This document shows positions 19,990 through 30,522 of a stretch of 64,000 bases of DNA, in pieces. The stretch spans positions 1,536,001-1,600,000 of the forward strand of contig OY764216.1 of assembly GCA_963668315.1 (NCBI GenBank). The letters run 5' to 3'. A program made the translations under genes and the position numbers. The stretch's first letter is position 1; each line of letters opens with the position of its first letter. The notes beneath the pieces are model-generated. The model had not been told where the DNA came from, did not search any database, and worked only from the letters and a program-made list of their open reading frames with translations. Origin of the DNA: Spirochaetia bacterium (GTDB taxonomy: Bacteria > Spirochaetota > Spirochaetia > DSM-2461).

Positions 19990-20986
19990 CGCTCCTCTCC
20001 GGAGCGCGTCTTTTCTCTATCAGCTGGGCCATTACGCTCACGGCGATCTCAGCCGGTGTTTCCGAGCCTATCTCTAACCCGATCGGCGCCGTCACCCGCT
20101 CCAGGTCGTGTGGAGTGAAACCCTTCTGCTTTAAGGAGTCGTAAATCATGGCTATTTTCCGGCTGCTGCCCATCATGCCGATATAGGAGGCGTCCGTTTT
20201 CAGGGCCTGTTCCAGGACATCCCTGTCATAGCGGTGTCCCCGGGTCATGATGACGATAAAGTACCGGGATCTTCCGGTCATGGCGGAAAAGCAGTCTCCG
20301 TATTCCGGCTTAACCAGAACCTCCCTGGCCCGGGGGAAACGTTCTTTTGAAGCAAACTCCGGCCTGTCATCCACCACTACCGTATCGAAACCGGCGAAAT
20401 CGGCCAGTTCCGCCGTTTTTAGACCCACGTGGCCCCCCCCGAGTATATAAACGCAGAAATTCCTCTCCAGGGCTTCGGCCAGAAAAAAGCAGCCGTCCTT
20501 CTCTTCGCTTCTGGCGTAGACGGGGGCCTGTCTGTGAGGACCGTCCCCCTCGCTTTCCCAGGGATCGTATGAGAGGGCCAGAGATGTTTCCAGTCCCTCC
20601 GGAGTTTTCTGAATGCGGGTAATCAGATACCCCCGGTTCGCTTCCGTGAAGAGGGCCTCCATCCCTTCCGTTCCTCCGTCTATCCCCTGAATCAGCACTT
20701 CCGCCCTTCCGCCGCAGGTCATGTCGACGCCCTCAACCGTTTCCCCATCCAGAAGAAACTCGCATATGCGGCTCTCTCCCGTTTCCAGACAGATCAGCGC
20801 CGTCTCGATGACTTCGGATTCGATTTTACCGCCGCCGACGGTTCCCGTAATCCTTTTGTCTCTGCTTACCAGCATTTTGGAACCGGCTCCCCGGGGTGTG
20901 GAGCCCTCGCTTTCCAGAACGGTGGCCAGGGCAAACTTCTCTTTATTCCGGCAGAGTTCCGCTGCCTCGGCGGTTATGTCTTTCAT
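19982..20986 (-). CDS. xdhC: XdhC/CoxI-family molybdoenzyme accessory protein
   Basis: GSTPRGAGSKM, GTVGGG, MTCGG, MTRGH, YIGMMGS, APIGL..TPAEIAVS. Confidence 0.9.
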   Translation of the reverse strand: MKDITAEAAELCRNKEKFALATVLESEGSTPRGAGSKMLVSRDKRITGTVGGGKIESEVIETALICLETGESRICEFLLDGETVEGVDMTCGGRAEVLIQGIDGGTEGMEALFTEANRGYLITRIQKTPEGLETSLALSYDPWESEGDGPHRQAPVYARSEEKDGCFFLAEALERNFCVYILGGGHVGLKTAELADFAGFDTVVVDDRPEFASKERFPRAREVLVKPEYGDCFSAMTGRSRYFIVIMTRGHRYDRDVLEQALKTDASYIGMMGSSRKIAMIYDSLKQKGFTPHDLERVTAPIGLEIGSETPAEIAVSVMAQLIEKRRAPERSGE

Positions 20987-21240
20987 CCCCCCATTATAGC
21001 GGCATTTTTCCTTTTGGCATAGGCGGATATGACCGCTCGATTATCGGGAACGGCATAGGCTGCGTCCCGCTCCCTTTGATTCCAAAGGGCGGGTCCCCCG
21101 GGGGAAAAGGGTGATGGCGAATGCGACTCGGGGGACTCTTTTTCTTCTCCGGAGGGCGAATTGCTTGATCAGATCGGGGGATTTTTCTAAAATTGGTCTA
21201 GAATAGTGTGAAAAAGATCAATCTTAAGGAAGAAAAAATC

Positions 21241-22323
21241 ATGGTTAAACACGTTGTCATCATGGCCGGGGGAGCGGGAAAGCGTCTCTGGCCCGCCTCG
21301 AATAGGGATACTCCCAAACAGCTCCTTGAACTGAACAAGGGAAAATCCCTGTTATACGGGACGCTGGAGAGGGCGTTCGCCCTGAACGTGGAAGGCCATA
21401 TCATTATCGTTACCCATCAGAATCAGGTGGAGGGATGCATCGCCGCCTGCCGGGATTTCTCCGAAGATCAGAGGGGGAAAATCCTCATTCTGGCCGAACC
21501 GATCGCCCGGAATACAGCTCCCGCCCTGGCTCTGGCCGCCCAGTGGATAGGAAATCACTGTTCCGTGGAGGATACGGTCCTTGTTCTGGCGGCGGATCAT
21601 CTTATTTCTCCCCTAGAGGCTTTTATCAGGGATGTTGAGACCGCTTCCCGTCCCGCCGAAGAAGGTTTCCTGGTCACCTTCGGCATCGTCCCGTCCTTTC
21701 CCTCCACGGGCTACGGTTACGTGGAAGCATCCGTGGGGGATGCCCCTGTCCGGGACGTTCTGTCCTTCCGGGAAAAACCCGACCGGGCCACGGCCGAGGA
21801 TTTCCTTACCAGGGGTAATTATCTCTGGAATTCCGGTATGTTCGCCTATTCTGTGAAGACCTTTCTGGAGGAGCTTGCCCAGTCATCCCCTGATATCGCC
21901 GGCCCTTTTTCCGCTCTGGAAGCTTCGTCCTTTCCCCTGGTAACCCGTGACAATGTCCGAATCCCCGCCAGTCTGGAGGCGATCGGGGACGCCTACGGGA
22001 AAACCGCCTCCGATTCGGTGGACTACGCCGTTATGGAGAAGAGCCGCCGCATCAAGGTTGTACCCGCCACTATGGAGTGGAACGACGTGGGCAGCTGGGA
22101 CGTGATTGCCGAGGAGAAACTCACCCTTCCCTCGGATATTCTGGGGGAAGAGGATAAATCCAACTATGTATACAGCGATATGCCCGTGGCCCTCTGCGGC
22201 GTGGAAAATCTCATCGTCGTGGTAAAGAACGGAGCCGTTCTGATCTGCCGGAAAGGCGAGAGCCAGCAGGTCAAGGATGTGGTCGATTATCTGAAAGATT
22301 CAGGGCGGGAAGAACTTCTTTGA
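21241..22323 (+). CDS. manC: Mannose-1-phosphate guanylyltransferase
   Basis: MAGGAGKRLWP, PKQ, EPIARNTAPA, FREKP, WNSGMF, DYAVMEK, WNDVGSW. Confidence 0.92.
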   Translation: MVKHVVIMAGGAGKRLWPASNRDTPKQLLELNKGKSLLYGTLERAFALNVEGHIIIVTHQNQVEGCIAACRDFSEDQRGKILILAEPIARNTAPALALAAQWIGNHCSVEDTVLVLAADHLISPLEAFIRDVETASRPAEEGFLVTFGIVPSFPSTGYGYVEASVGDAPVRDVLSFREKPDRATAEDFLTRGNYLWNSGMFAYSVKTFLEELAQSSPDIAGPFSALEASSFPLVTRDNVRIPASLEAIGDAYGKTASDSVDYAVMEKSRRIKVVPATMEWNDVGSWDVIAEEKLTLPSDILGEEDKSNYVYSDMPVALCGVENLIVVVKNGAVLICRKGESQQVKDVVDYLKDSGREELL

Positions 22324-22859
22324 AATTCTCCGTGATCCTGTCCGTTTTCGTCCTTTTTGTCCTGGGCGGGTGCCGGATTGATTATGATCTGGCCGGAGGG
22401 GAGGACGACGAATCCATCCCCGACCTCTATATGGAGGGAATCAGCCAGATTCAGACCACCGGGGACGGCAGGGCTCTGGTCGTGACTGCGGACAGCGCCT
22501 CCATCTTCTCCGAGGAGGGTGAGACCATTTTCGGAAATCTTACTTTCCGTGACATGGGGGAGGACGGTTCCCTCCAGAGGCTGGGGTCGGCGGGAAAAGT
22601 CCGGCTGTTCAATAAAAACGATGCGGATCTGGAGGGCGGCGTCAGAATCGAATCCTACGTGGATGACGTCAGGATTGACGGGGACGCCTTTTTCTGGAAA
22701 GATGAGGATCAGCTGCTTTCCGCGCCGGAGGACAGTGTGGTGACCATGGTTCGCGAAGGGGAAACGGAAATCTCCGGAGCCGGGTTTCAGGCCGATTTCC
22801 GTCTCAATGAAATTCAGTTTGACAAGGGCGTCAGAGGGGAGCTGCAGCTTGAAGAATAG
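22320..22859 (+). CDS. lptC: LPS export periplasmic protein LptC
   Basis: Lipoprotein-like N-terminus, beta-jellyroll-type sequence, position before lptA-lptB. Confidence 0.75.
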   Translation: MKFSVILSVFVLFVLGGCRIDYDLAGGEDDESIPDLYMEGISQIQTTGDGRALVVTADSASIFSEEGETIFGNLTFRDMGEDGSLQRLGSAGKVRLFNKNDADLEGGVRIESYVDDVRIDGDAFFWKDEDQLLSAPEDSVVTMVREGETEISGAGFQADFRLNEIQFDKGVRGELQLEE

Positions 22860-23535
22860 TATTCTGCTTATTTTGGTCCTGCTGCCGGGGTTCTTCCTGG
22901 CCGCTGAGACCTACTCCTTTTCGGGGGACCGGTCCTTTTCCGTCATGAGGGAAGGCGAGGAAATCACCACCATAGAGGGAAATGTCTCCATCCTCTCCGA
23001 ATCGAAGGAAATTTATGCCCGAAGTGTATCCATCACCGGGCTGGATGATCCTGAATTCGGCGGCGAGGGGGATGTCCGGGTTGTGGATCTCGAAAGGGAC
23101 ATGGAGCTGAAGGCCCAGGAGTTTACCTACTCCTCCTCGGGGAACATGCTGCGTGCCAAGGGGGATGTCCGAATGGAGGACAGGTCGAACGATCTGTTTA
23201 TCCGGTGTCAGCTCCTGACGGTGATGGAGGAGAAGGACCAGGTCGTCATGGAGATAGGTGTGCGCCTTTTCAAGGATGACATTATCTGCCGCAGCCAGTA
23301 CGCTTTATATAAAAGAGAAGAAAATCTGCTGGAACTGACCGGCTTCCCCGTGGTATATAAGGGGGAGGACCAGTACAGGGCCGACCGAATCCGGGTTAAT
23401 CTGGAAACCGACGAAATAACCATGTCCGGCCGCATAGAGGGGTCTCTGTACACTTCCCGGGAGGAGACCGATGTTCCGCCGGATGAGTCCGGTGACGGTG
23501 GTGTGGAAACGGTCCAGGAGGATTCGGATGAGTGA
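22849..23535 (+). CDS. lptA: LptA/OstA-family protein
   Basis: Signal peptide from a probable TTG start at 22849, LELTGFPVV...YRADRIRVNL, lies between lptC and lptB. Confidence 0.75.
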   Translation: MKNSILLILVLLPGFFLAAETYSFSGDRSFSVMREGEEITTIEGNVSILSESKEIYARSVSITGLDDPEFGGEGDVRVVDLERDMELKAQEFTYSSSGNMLRAKGDVRMEDRSNDLFIRCQLLTVMEEKDQVVMEIGVRLFKDDIICRSQYALYKREENLLELTGFPVVYKGEDQYRADRIRVNLETDEITMSGRIEGSLYTSREETDVPPDESGDGGVETVQEDSDE

Positions 23536-24265
23536 GAAGGAGCCCCGGCTGAGAGTCGAGGGGCTGAAGAAAGTTTTCCGTAAGAAAGTCGCCGTAAGGG
23601 ATGTTTCCTTCTCCATGGGTGAAGGGGAGATTGTCGGTCTTCTGGGACCCAACGGAGCGGGAAAAACAACTTCCTTCTATATGGTGGTGGGATTCATCAG
23701 ACCAACCCAGGGAAAGATCTACCTGAATAATGAGGATATTACGACCATGGCCATGTACCGCCGCGCCCGCCTGGGAATTTCCTATCTTCCTCAGGAGCCC
23801 TCCGTTTTCAGTAAATTGACCGTGGAAAAGAATATCTGGGCCGCGCTGGAGGCCCGGAACGATATCGGTATGGCCGAGAAAAAGGACCGTCTGGAGAGTC
23901 TGATTGACGATCTGGGTATAGAGAAGGTCCGCCGGCAGAAAGCCTATACCCTATCCGGCGGGGAAAGGCGCCGGACCGAGATAGCCCGTTCCCTGGCCAT
24001 GGACCCCCATTTCCTTCTCCTCGACGAGCCCTTCGCCGGAATAGACCCCATCGCGGTGTACGAGATCAAAAAAATCGTCTCCCATCTGTCGGAAAGGGGT
24101 ATCGGCGTCCTAATTACCGATCACAACGTGCGTGATACCTTGGAAATTACCGACAGATCCTATATAATGAATCTCGGCGAGATCGTGGTAAGCGGTTCTC
24201 ATCAGGAACTTGTTAACAGTGAGCTGGCCCGGAAGATATACCTGGGCGACAATTTTTCCATGTAA
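23528..24265 (+). CDS. lptB: LPS export ABC ATPase
   Basis: GPNGAGKTT, YLPQEPSVF, LSGGERRR, LLDEPFAGIDP, ITDHNVRDTL. Confidence 0.96.
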   Translation: MSEKEPRLRVEGLKKVFRKKVAVRDVSFSMGEGEIVGLLGPNGAGKTTSFYMVVGFIRPTQGKIYLNNEDITTMAMYRRARLGISYLPQEPSVFSKLTVEKNIWAALEARNDIGMAEKKDRLESLIDDLGIEKVRRQKAYTLSGGERRRTEIARSLAMDPHFLLLDEPFAGIDPIAVYEIKKIVSHLSERGIGVLITDHNVRDTLEITDRSYIMNLGEIVVSGSHQELVNSELARKIYLGDNFSM

Positions 24266-24285
24266 AAAGGGAGCTTAAACGGACC

Positions 24286-25668
24286 GTGCAGTCTCAGAGT
24301 ATCGTACTGTCGCAGGAACAGAAACTAAAACTCTCTCCTCAGCTTTTTCAGTCCATACAGCTGATGGCTCTGCCTCTGACCGATCTGCAGCAGCGCATCA
24401 GGGATGAGGTGGAGAAAAACCCCGCCCTGGAAATTGTCCGCGAGAAGGGGGAAATCTCCCAGACCGATATGTCCGGCGGAGCGGAGCTGGAGAGGGCTTC
24501 CCAGGATTACGATCCCTTTGAAAACTCCTCCGATCCGGGTTACGAACCCCGGCTGACTAGCTATTCCGCCAGCGGGGAAGACACGAAACGCCAGTTCCTG
24601 GAAGGCGCCGTTTCCCGGGGGGAGACCCTTCAGGAACATCTGGAAGAACAGCTTAACCTGATGAAGAATCTTTCCGAAAAGGAGTACGATCTGGCCTACA
24701 GCCTCATCCACAATCTGGATGAGAACGGCTTCCACCGGGAAGCGCCCCTTGTCCTGGCCGAAGGGGATGAGGTGCTGGTCGACAGGATCCTCCCCCGACT
24801 TCAGTGCCTTGATCCGGTCGGCTGCTGCACCACCGATGTCATGGAGTCCCTGAAAGTGCAGGCCGCCCACAGGAGCGACAGCCCTTCGGATATTATCGAT
24901 TTTCTCGACGGGATCATCCCCCATCTCCGGGACAACAAACATGACGCCCTCCTGAAGGAGTCGGGACTAACCGAAGAGGAGTTCCAGGAGCATCTGGATT
25001 TTATCCGAACTCTCACACCCTATCCGGGGCGTCTTTACTCCTCGGACAATCTCTCCTATGTCATTCCCGACCTGCAGGTGAAGCTGGAAGGGGATGAGCT
25101 GGTTATCTATCTGAATGACAGCCCGGTACCCGAGTTGAGGATCAACAGCTACTTTGAGGAACTGGACGGAATTAAAAAGCAGGACAGGGAGATCAAGCAA
25201 TTCGTCGGTTCCCATGTGAAGGACGCCCGCTGGTTTATCAACAGTCTGGAGCAGAGAAACCGGACTCTCTTAAGGGCCGCCCGGGCCATTGTCGAGCATC
25301 AGCGGGAGTTCTTCCACAAGGGCGCCAAGGGACTTGTCCCTCTTACCTTGAAGGACATAGCCGCCGAAATCGACGTTCATGAGGCCACCGTTTCACGGAT
25401 AACCACCAATAAATATGTCCAGACCGAGTGGGGCATCTTTGAACTGAAATATTTTTTTACCAATTCCATCTCCGGTTCCGGGTCCTCCTATTCCCGTGAG
25501 GCGGTTAAGGAGATTATCAAGGAAATCATAGAGGCCCACGAAGGACCTAAACGTTTATCCGATCAGAAAATCTCCGATATCCTGGCGGAGCGGGGCATAA
25601 ACATCGCCCGGCGAACCGCCGCCAAATACCGCAAAGAACTGGACATCGATTCTTCCTACGGCCGCTGA
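24286..25668 (+). CDS. rpoN: RNA polymerase sigma-54 factor
   Basis: Gln/Leu-rich region I, HEATVSR helix-turn-helix, RpoN box ARRTAAKYR. Confidence 0.97.
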   Translation: MQSQSIVLSQEQKLKLSPQLFQSIQLMALPLTDLQQRIRDEVEKNPALEIVREKGEISQTDMSGGAELERASQDYDPFENSSDPGYEPRLTSYSASGEDTKRQFLEGAVSRGETLQEHLEEQLNLMKNLSEKEYDLAYSLIHNLDENGFHREAPLVLAEGDEVLVDRILPRLQCLDPVGCCTTDVMESLKVQAAHRSDSPSDIIDFLDGIIPHLRDNKHDALLKESGLTEEEFQEHLDFIRTLTPYPGRLYSSDNLSYVIPDLQVKLEGDELVIYLNDSPVPELRINSYFEELDGIKKQDREIKQFVGSHVKDARWFINSLEQRNRTLLRAARAIVEHQREFFHKGAKGLVPLTLKDIAAEIDVHEATVSRITTNKYVQTEWGIFELKYFFTNSISGSGSSYSREAVKEIIKEIIEAHEGPKRLSDQKISDILAERGINIARRTAAKYRKELDIDSSYGR

Positions 25669-25780
25669 CACCTCTTCGCTCAGAGCGTGGAATTGTTTGA
25701 ATTTCACCGCAAAGGGCATTATATTTAAAGTATCACCGACCGGGAGAGATTCAACGGGCGGACATTTATAGGAGGTCTAT

Positions 25781-26077
25781 ATGACAGTAGAAATCAAAGG
25801 TGTTCATAATTACCATGTTAGCGACAAGACCAAGGAATACCTGGACAAGAAATTGAACCGGATCACGACTTTCGAGGATTTGATTCAGGACCTTCATGTC
25901 AGTATTACCAGAGAGCAGAGCAGCGAGTACAAAGTAAGTTCCGATCTGCACTACCGCTGGGGGACGGTAGCTCATGTGACAGTTAACGACAGAGATCTTT
26001 ACAAAGCGATAGATACCTGTTTTGATAAAATTGACCATAAGACATCAAAAGAAAAGGAAAAAATCAAGGAACATTAG
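25781..26077 (+). CDS. hpf: Ribosome hibernation promoting factor (short HPF/RaiA)
   Basis: 98 aa, DLYKAID motif, directly after rpoN. Confidence 0.9.
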   Translation: MTVEIKGVHNYHVSDKTKEYLDKKLNRITTFEDLIQDLHVSITREQSSEYKVSSDLHYRWGTVAHVTVNDRDLYKAIDTCFDKIDHKTSKEKEKIKEH

Positions 26078-26101
26078 ATAAAATTATGCTATAATTGGGG
26101 T

Positions 26102-27082
26102 GTGATGAAGAAATTTACCGTTCTCGATCTTCTTGAACTAGATCTGAAACCGCCCCGAAATCTTGACCTGAAGTGTCTTTGCGGACGCAAAGGTCTGATT
26201 AGAGAGATTCCCCTGCCCGAAATCAATCGGCCGGGGCTGGCTCTGAGCGGTTTTTTTGAACTGTTCGTAGGTCAGAGGCTGCAGGTTTTCGGGCAGGGGG
26301 AGTTCGCCTATCTTCAGAAGCTGGAGGGGGAGGGAAACTTCGAATACGTGGAGAAGTTTTTCGCCATCAATCCTCCCTGCTGCATTTTCAGTCACAGTCT
26401 GACGCCCAGTGCCCGTTTTCAGGAACTGGCCGAGAAATACGGGGTCGCCATTCTTCAGACGACCCTGGAATCGTCGGACTTCTCGGTAAGACTTATTCAG
26501 GTTCTCAGCGATATCTTTGCCCCTCAGAAGACCCTTCACGGCGTTTTTGTGGAAGTCCACGGAACCGGGGTTCTGATAACCGGGGAGAGCGGAGTGGGAA
26601 AGAGCGAGACGGCTCTGGAGCTTATTGCCCGGGGGAACAGGCTCATTGCCGATGATGCGGTTCTTCTCAAGCGTCTCAATGGAAACATGCTAATGGGCTA
26701 TTCCACCAACCCCGCCATGTCTTCCCACATGGAAATCCGCGGCATGGGGATCGTCAACGTGGCCCAGGTTTTCGGGATAGGCGCCGTTAAAGAGAGCAAG
26801 CAGCTCGAAATCGTGGTGAATCTGGAAGACTGGCAGGTGGGTAAGATATATGACCGGATGGGAACGAAAGGCGAGACGGTCAATATTCTAGGGGTTAATG
26901 TTCCCAGCATAACTATCCCCATTAAACCGGGAAGAAATATTCCCATCATTATAGAAACCGCCGTATTAAACGAGCGGCTCAAGCAGAGGGGCTATTTTGC
27001 CGCGCGGGAGTTCAACAAGGATATTATCCAGTGGCTCGAGAGCGAGAATGCCCGGAAGCTGTATTTTGATAATTTCGGATAA
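26102..27082 (+). CDS. hprK: HPr kinase/phosphorylase
   Basis: INRPGLAL, GESGVGKSETALEL, LIADD, HMEIRG, PGRN. Confidence 0.97.
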   Translation: MMKKFTVLDLLELDLKPPRNLDLKCLCGRKGLIREIPLPEINRPGLALSGFFELFVGQRLQVFGQGEFAYLQKLEGEGNFEYVEKFFAINPPCCIFSHSLTPSARFQELAEKYGVAILQTTLESSDFSVRLIQVLSDIFAPQKTLHGVFVEVHGTGVLITGESGVGKSETALELIARGNRLIADDAVLLKRLNGNMLMGYSTNPAMSSHMEIRGMGIVNVAQVFGIGAVKESKQLEIVVNLEDWQVGKIYDRMGTKGETVNILGVNVPSITIPIKPGRNIPIIIETAVLNERLKQRGYFAAREFNKDIIQWLESENARKLYFDNFG

Positions 27083-27130
27083 CCGGCAGTCAGGCGAGAG
27101 CAGACACCCGGAATCTTATTAGGATTGAGA

Positions 27131-27394
27131 ATGGTAAAACAGGACGTAGTGATTAAAAATAGAGCCGGCCTACATGCGAGACCCGCATCGATGATAGTTC
27201 AGACGGCGGCAAAATTTTCCTCCAATATCTATATCCATAAGGATGATGTTCAGGTCAACGCCAAATCCATCATGAATTTGCTGACCCTGGGCGGAGCATA
27301 TAAGACGGAATTGCTCATCTCTGTGGAAGGGGAGGATGAAAAGGAAGCCCTCGATGCCATCGTGGCTCTCTTTGAATCCAAATTCGAGGAGTAG
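27131..27394 (+). CDS. ptsH: Phosphocarrier protein HPr
   Basis: GLHARPA (His15) and NAKSIM (Ser46). Confidence 0.95.
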   Translation: MVKQDVVIKNRAGLHARPASMIVQTAAKFSSNIYIHKDDVQVNAKSIMNLLTLGGAYKTELLISVEGEDEKEALDAIVALFESKFEE

Positions 27395-27400
27395 GGCTCT

Positions 27401-29143
27401 CTGAACCATCCCGGAAGATTCAGGGCCCGGTCCTTTAATACGGCCCTATTCATATCCCTTGTGCTGGTCGTCCTTTTCTTCCTCATTATCGGTCGTTCCT
27501 TAACGGGATTAATCCGCTTCGGGCCGGGAGCTCTCAGCGGTACGTCGATACTTATCCTCTGTCTGATAATTTCTCTGCTCCTCATTACCATGGGGGTTCA
27601 TTTCTACTACTTCTTCCTGAAGAAGCGGGAAGGACTCAGGCTGCAGATACAGCTGGTTCTGGTTTTCATAATTCTGATTCTGGCCGCCTCTCTTCCTCAG
27701 AGCCTCCTCTCCCTCCATGTTCTGGAAGGGGTCATGCAGTTCTGGGTCGGAGAGGAGCTGGAGGCGACCCTGGAGGACAGTTCGGAATTCGTCCTCTCCT
27801 ATTACGGCATGGTCAGTGACAATCTCTATTCCCTGGGGAGGAGCACCATCCTGGGGGAAATGCTTGACGAGTATGTAAGGGGGGGGGAGTTCCCCTGGAA
27901 GAAGCTCAAGGAGCTTAATCTTTTCATCGAAACAGTTCAGATCTTTTCCGGGGAGGGAGAGGAGCTTTACGGGAACGAAGACCTCGCCGTGGAGCGCGGT
28001 TTTACCACGTCCTATTCAAACAGCTACCTTCCTGTAAGAACCAGCAGCGGCCGGGTTATCCTCAGCTATATCCGCAAGGAGAAGGGAATCAGTCTCGTTC
28101 TTACCGCCTCCCTTCTGAGCGGAACGGCCGAGATAGGAAGGAGCCTTGAAGCCCAGCTGGACAGACTCCTGGGATACAATCAGTTTCAGCAGGACAGCCT
28201 CAGGTGGAAACTCTATTTCTTTATTTTTTTCGTCTTTCCCCTGCTGCTTATCTCCATAAACCTGGCCATTCTCTTTGCCCGGACCTTGATCACTCCCATT
28301 AATGAACTGGGGCAGGCCTTGAGGAAAGTCACCGAAGGGGATTATAATTACCGCATCTCTCTGGATGAGGGCGGCGGGGTCTATGATTTCTATGTGGATA
28401 TATTCAACGAGATGATCGACGAGCTGAACAGTTCCCGTTCCGAACTAGTCCAGACAGAAAAGATAGGCGCCTGGAGGGATATTGCCCAGCGGCTGGCCCA
28501 TGAGATCCGCAATCCTCTGACTCCCATTAAATTGAATGCCCAGAGGATACTCCTGAAGGCCTCGGACATGGATGAGGAAACTCAGAAATATCTGCTGACC
28601 CCCATGAACAGAATCCTGAAGGAAGTGGATGAGCTTGACCTACTCCTCAGAGAGTTCAGGGAATTCGCCGGACAGAGGGCTCCCGTGCTGAAGAAGCTTG
28701 AACTGTCCCGTCTCATTGACGAAGTATGGGACAGCTACGGGAAGAAGAAGGACGATGTGATTTTCTCTCTCCATGATGAAGAGGAGGGAAGGGTTATCCT
28801 GGGTGATTCCTCCCAGCTGAAGCAGGTCTTCCGCAATATATTTTCCAATGCCATGGAGGCGATGGAGTTCCGGGGACGCCTTTCCGTAAGGCTGACCACC
28901 ATAATTAAGGGAACATCCGGTTTCTGCCGGATAGCCATAAGGGACTGGGGCAGGGGAATCGACGAGGAAACCCTGACCCGCATTTTTGAACCGTATTATA
29001 CCACGAGAAAGACCGGGACCGGACTGGGGCTTCCGATCGTGGAACGGATTATTACCGATCATAAAGGCCGGATCTGGGTGGAGTCCTCTCCCGGGGAGGG
29101 AACGGTTTTTTATATTGATCTGCCCATAGGGAGGGAGTTGTGA
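27401..29143 (+). CDS. NtrY-like HAMP sensor histidine kinase (start uncertain: CTG 27401 or GTG 27461)
   Basis: TM helices, HAMP, AQRLAHEIRNPLTPI H-box, N/G1/G2 boxes. Confidence 0.88.
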   Translation: MNHPGRFRARSFNTALFISLVLVVLFFLIIGRSLTGLIRFGPGALSGTSILILCLIISLLLITMGVHFYYFFLKKREGLRLQIQLVLVFIILILAASLPQSLLSLHVLEGVMQFWVGEELEATLEDSSEFVLSYYGMVSDNLYSLGRSTILGEMLDEYVRGGEFPWKKLKELNLFIETVQIFSGEGEELYGNEDLAVERGFTTSYSNSYLPVRTSSGRVILSYIRKEKGISLVLTASLLSGTAEIGRSLEAQLDRLLGYNQFQQDSLRWKLYFFIFFVFPLLLISINLAILFARTLITPINELGQALRKVTEGDYNYRISLDEGGGVYDFYVDIFNEMIDELNSSRSELVQTEKIGAWRDIAQRLAHEIRNPLTPIKLNAQRILLKASDMDEETQKYLLTPMNRILKEVDELDLLLREFREFAGQRAPVLKKLELSRLIDEVWDSYGKKKDDVIFSLHDEEEGRVILGDSSQLKQVFRNIFSNAMEAMEFRGRLSVRLTTIIKGTSGFCRIAIRDWGRGIDEETLTRIFEPYYTTRKTGTGLGLPIVERIITDHKGRIWVESSPGEGTVFYIDLPIGREL

Positions 29144-30522
29144 AAATACAGCCGGGTAACATTCTTATTATAGACGATGAAGATTCCATCCGGGATACTC
29201 TCAAGGAGATACTGGAGGACGAGGGCTATAATGTCTATACGGCCGAAGACGGGCCGGAGGGGCTTGTCCTTCTATCGGATAACGAGATAGACGTTGTATT
29301 CCTTGATGTCTGGCTTCCCCGCCGGGGCGGGATAGATGTCCTGCAGGACATAAAAAAAGAGAAGCGGGACACGGAGGTCATTATTATCTCCGGACACGCC
29401 AACGTCGACCTGGCCGTAAAAGCCATAAAACTGGGGGCCTATGATTTTCTGGAGAAGCCCCTCGATATCGGCAAGGTGCTTACCCTGGCCAGAAAGGCGG
29501 CGGAGCTGAAGAGCCTCAAGACGGAAAACCGCTCCCTGAAGAGCCGCCTTGAGGGGACGGAGCAGGTAGAGCTCATCGGTGATTCCAATGAGATCAACCG
29601 AATCAGGAAAGTTATCAGCCAGGGCGCCCCTTCCGATTCGCGTATCCTGATTCTGGGAGAGAACGGAACGGGCAAGGAGCTTATCGCCAGGATGATTCAT
29701 CAGAAGAGTCCCCGGGCCTCCATGCCCTTTATTGAGGTCAACTGCGCGGCCATACCGGACAATCTGATAGAAAGTGAACTTTTCGGCCATGAAAAAGGGG
29801 CTTTCACCGGTGCGGTGGGGAAAAAAAAGGGCAAGTTCGAACTGGCCGACGGGGGGACTCTGTTTCTTGATGAAGTAGCCGATATGTCTCTGAACGCCCA
29901 GGCCAAAGTTCTCAGGGCCATACAGGAGATGGTTTTCGAACGGGTCGGAGGTGAGGAGTCCGTCCGGGTGGATGTCAGAATTATCGCCGCTACCAATAAG
30001 GATATCCGTAAGGAAGTGGAGGAAGGGAATTTCCGGGAGGACTTATACTTCCGCTTAAGCGTCATCCCGATCGATGTGCCGCCCCTTCATGAAAGAACCG
30101 GCGATGTTATCCTTCTGCTCAAGCACTTTATCTCCCAGTTCTCCGGAGGAGGCAGGCAGTTCTCGCCCGACGCTCTTGAGGAGCTTTCCCGCTATGTGTG
30201 GCCCGGGAATATCAGGGAGCTGAGGAACTTCGTGGAACGCATTAATGTCATGTGCGATGACAATCCCATCGGTTCCGATGCGGTCTCTTCCTTTCTCCAC
30301 CGCTTTGAAGAGAGCGATAAGAAGAACGCGTCACCCTCTCCCCTGGGAGAATTCAGCACCATGAAGCTCAGTGAAGCCCGTGACGAATTCGAAAGAAAGA
30401 TGATCATTGAAAAGCTTGAGGAAAACGGTTATAATGTATCCCGTACCGCCGGTGTACTGGGTTTGTATCCCGGCAATCTGCATAACAAAATCAAGAAATA
30501 CGGGATAGAGATTAAGAAATGA
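29140..30522 (+). CDS. NtrX-like sigma54-dependent response regulator
   Basis: Receiver domain, GENGTGKE, GAFTGA, LFLDE, WPGNIREL, Fis-type HTH. Confidence 0.93.
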   Translation: MKIQPGNILIIDDEDSIRDTLKEILEDEGYNVYTAEDGPEGLVLLSDNEIDVVFLDVWLPRRGGIDVLQDIKKEKRDTEVIIISGHANVDLAVKAIKLGAYDFLEKPLDIGKVLTLARKAAELKSLKTENRSLKSRLEGTEQVELIGDSNEINRIRKVISQGAPSDSRILILGENGTGKELIARMIHQKSPRASMPFIEVNCAAIPDNLIESELFGHEKGAFTGAVGKKKGKFELADGGTLFLDEVADMSLNAQAKVLRAIQEMVFERVGGEESVRVDVRIIAATNKDIRKEVEEGNFREDLYFRLSVIPIDVPPLHERTGDVILLLKHFISQFSGGGRQFSPDALEELSRYVWPGNIRELRNFVERINVMCDDNPIGSDAVSSFLHRFEESDKKNASPSPLGEFSTMKLSEARDEFERKMIIEKLEENGYNVSRTAGVLGLYPGNLHNKIKKYGIEIKK

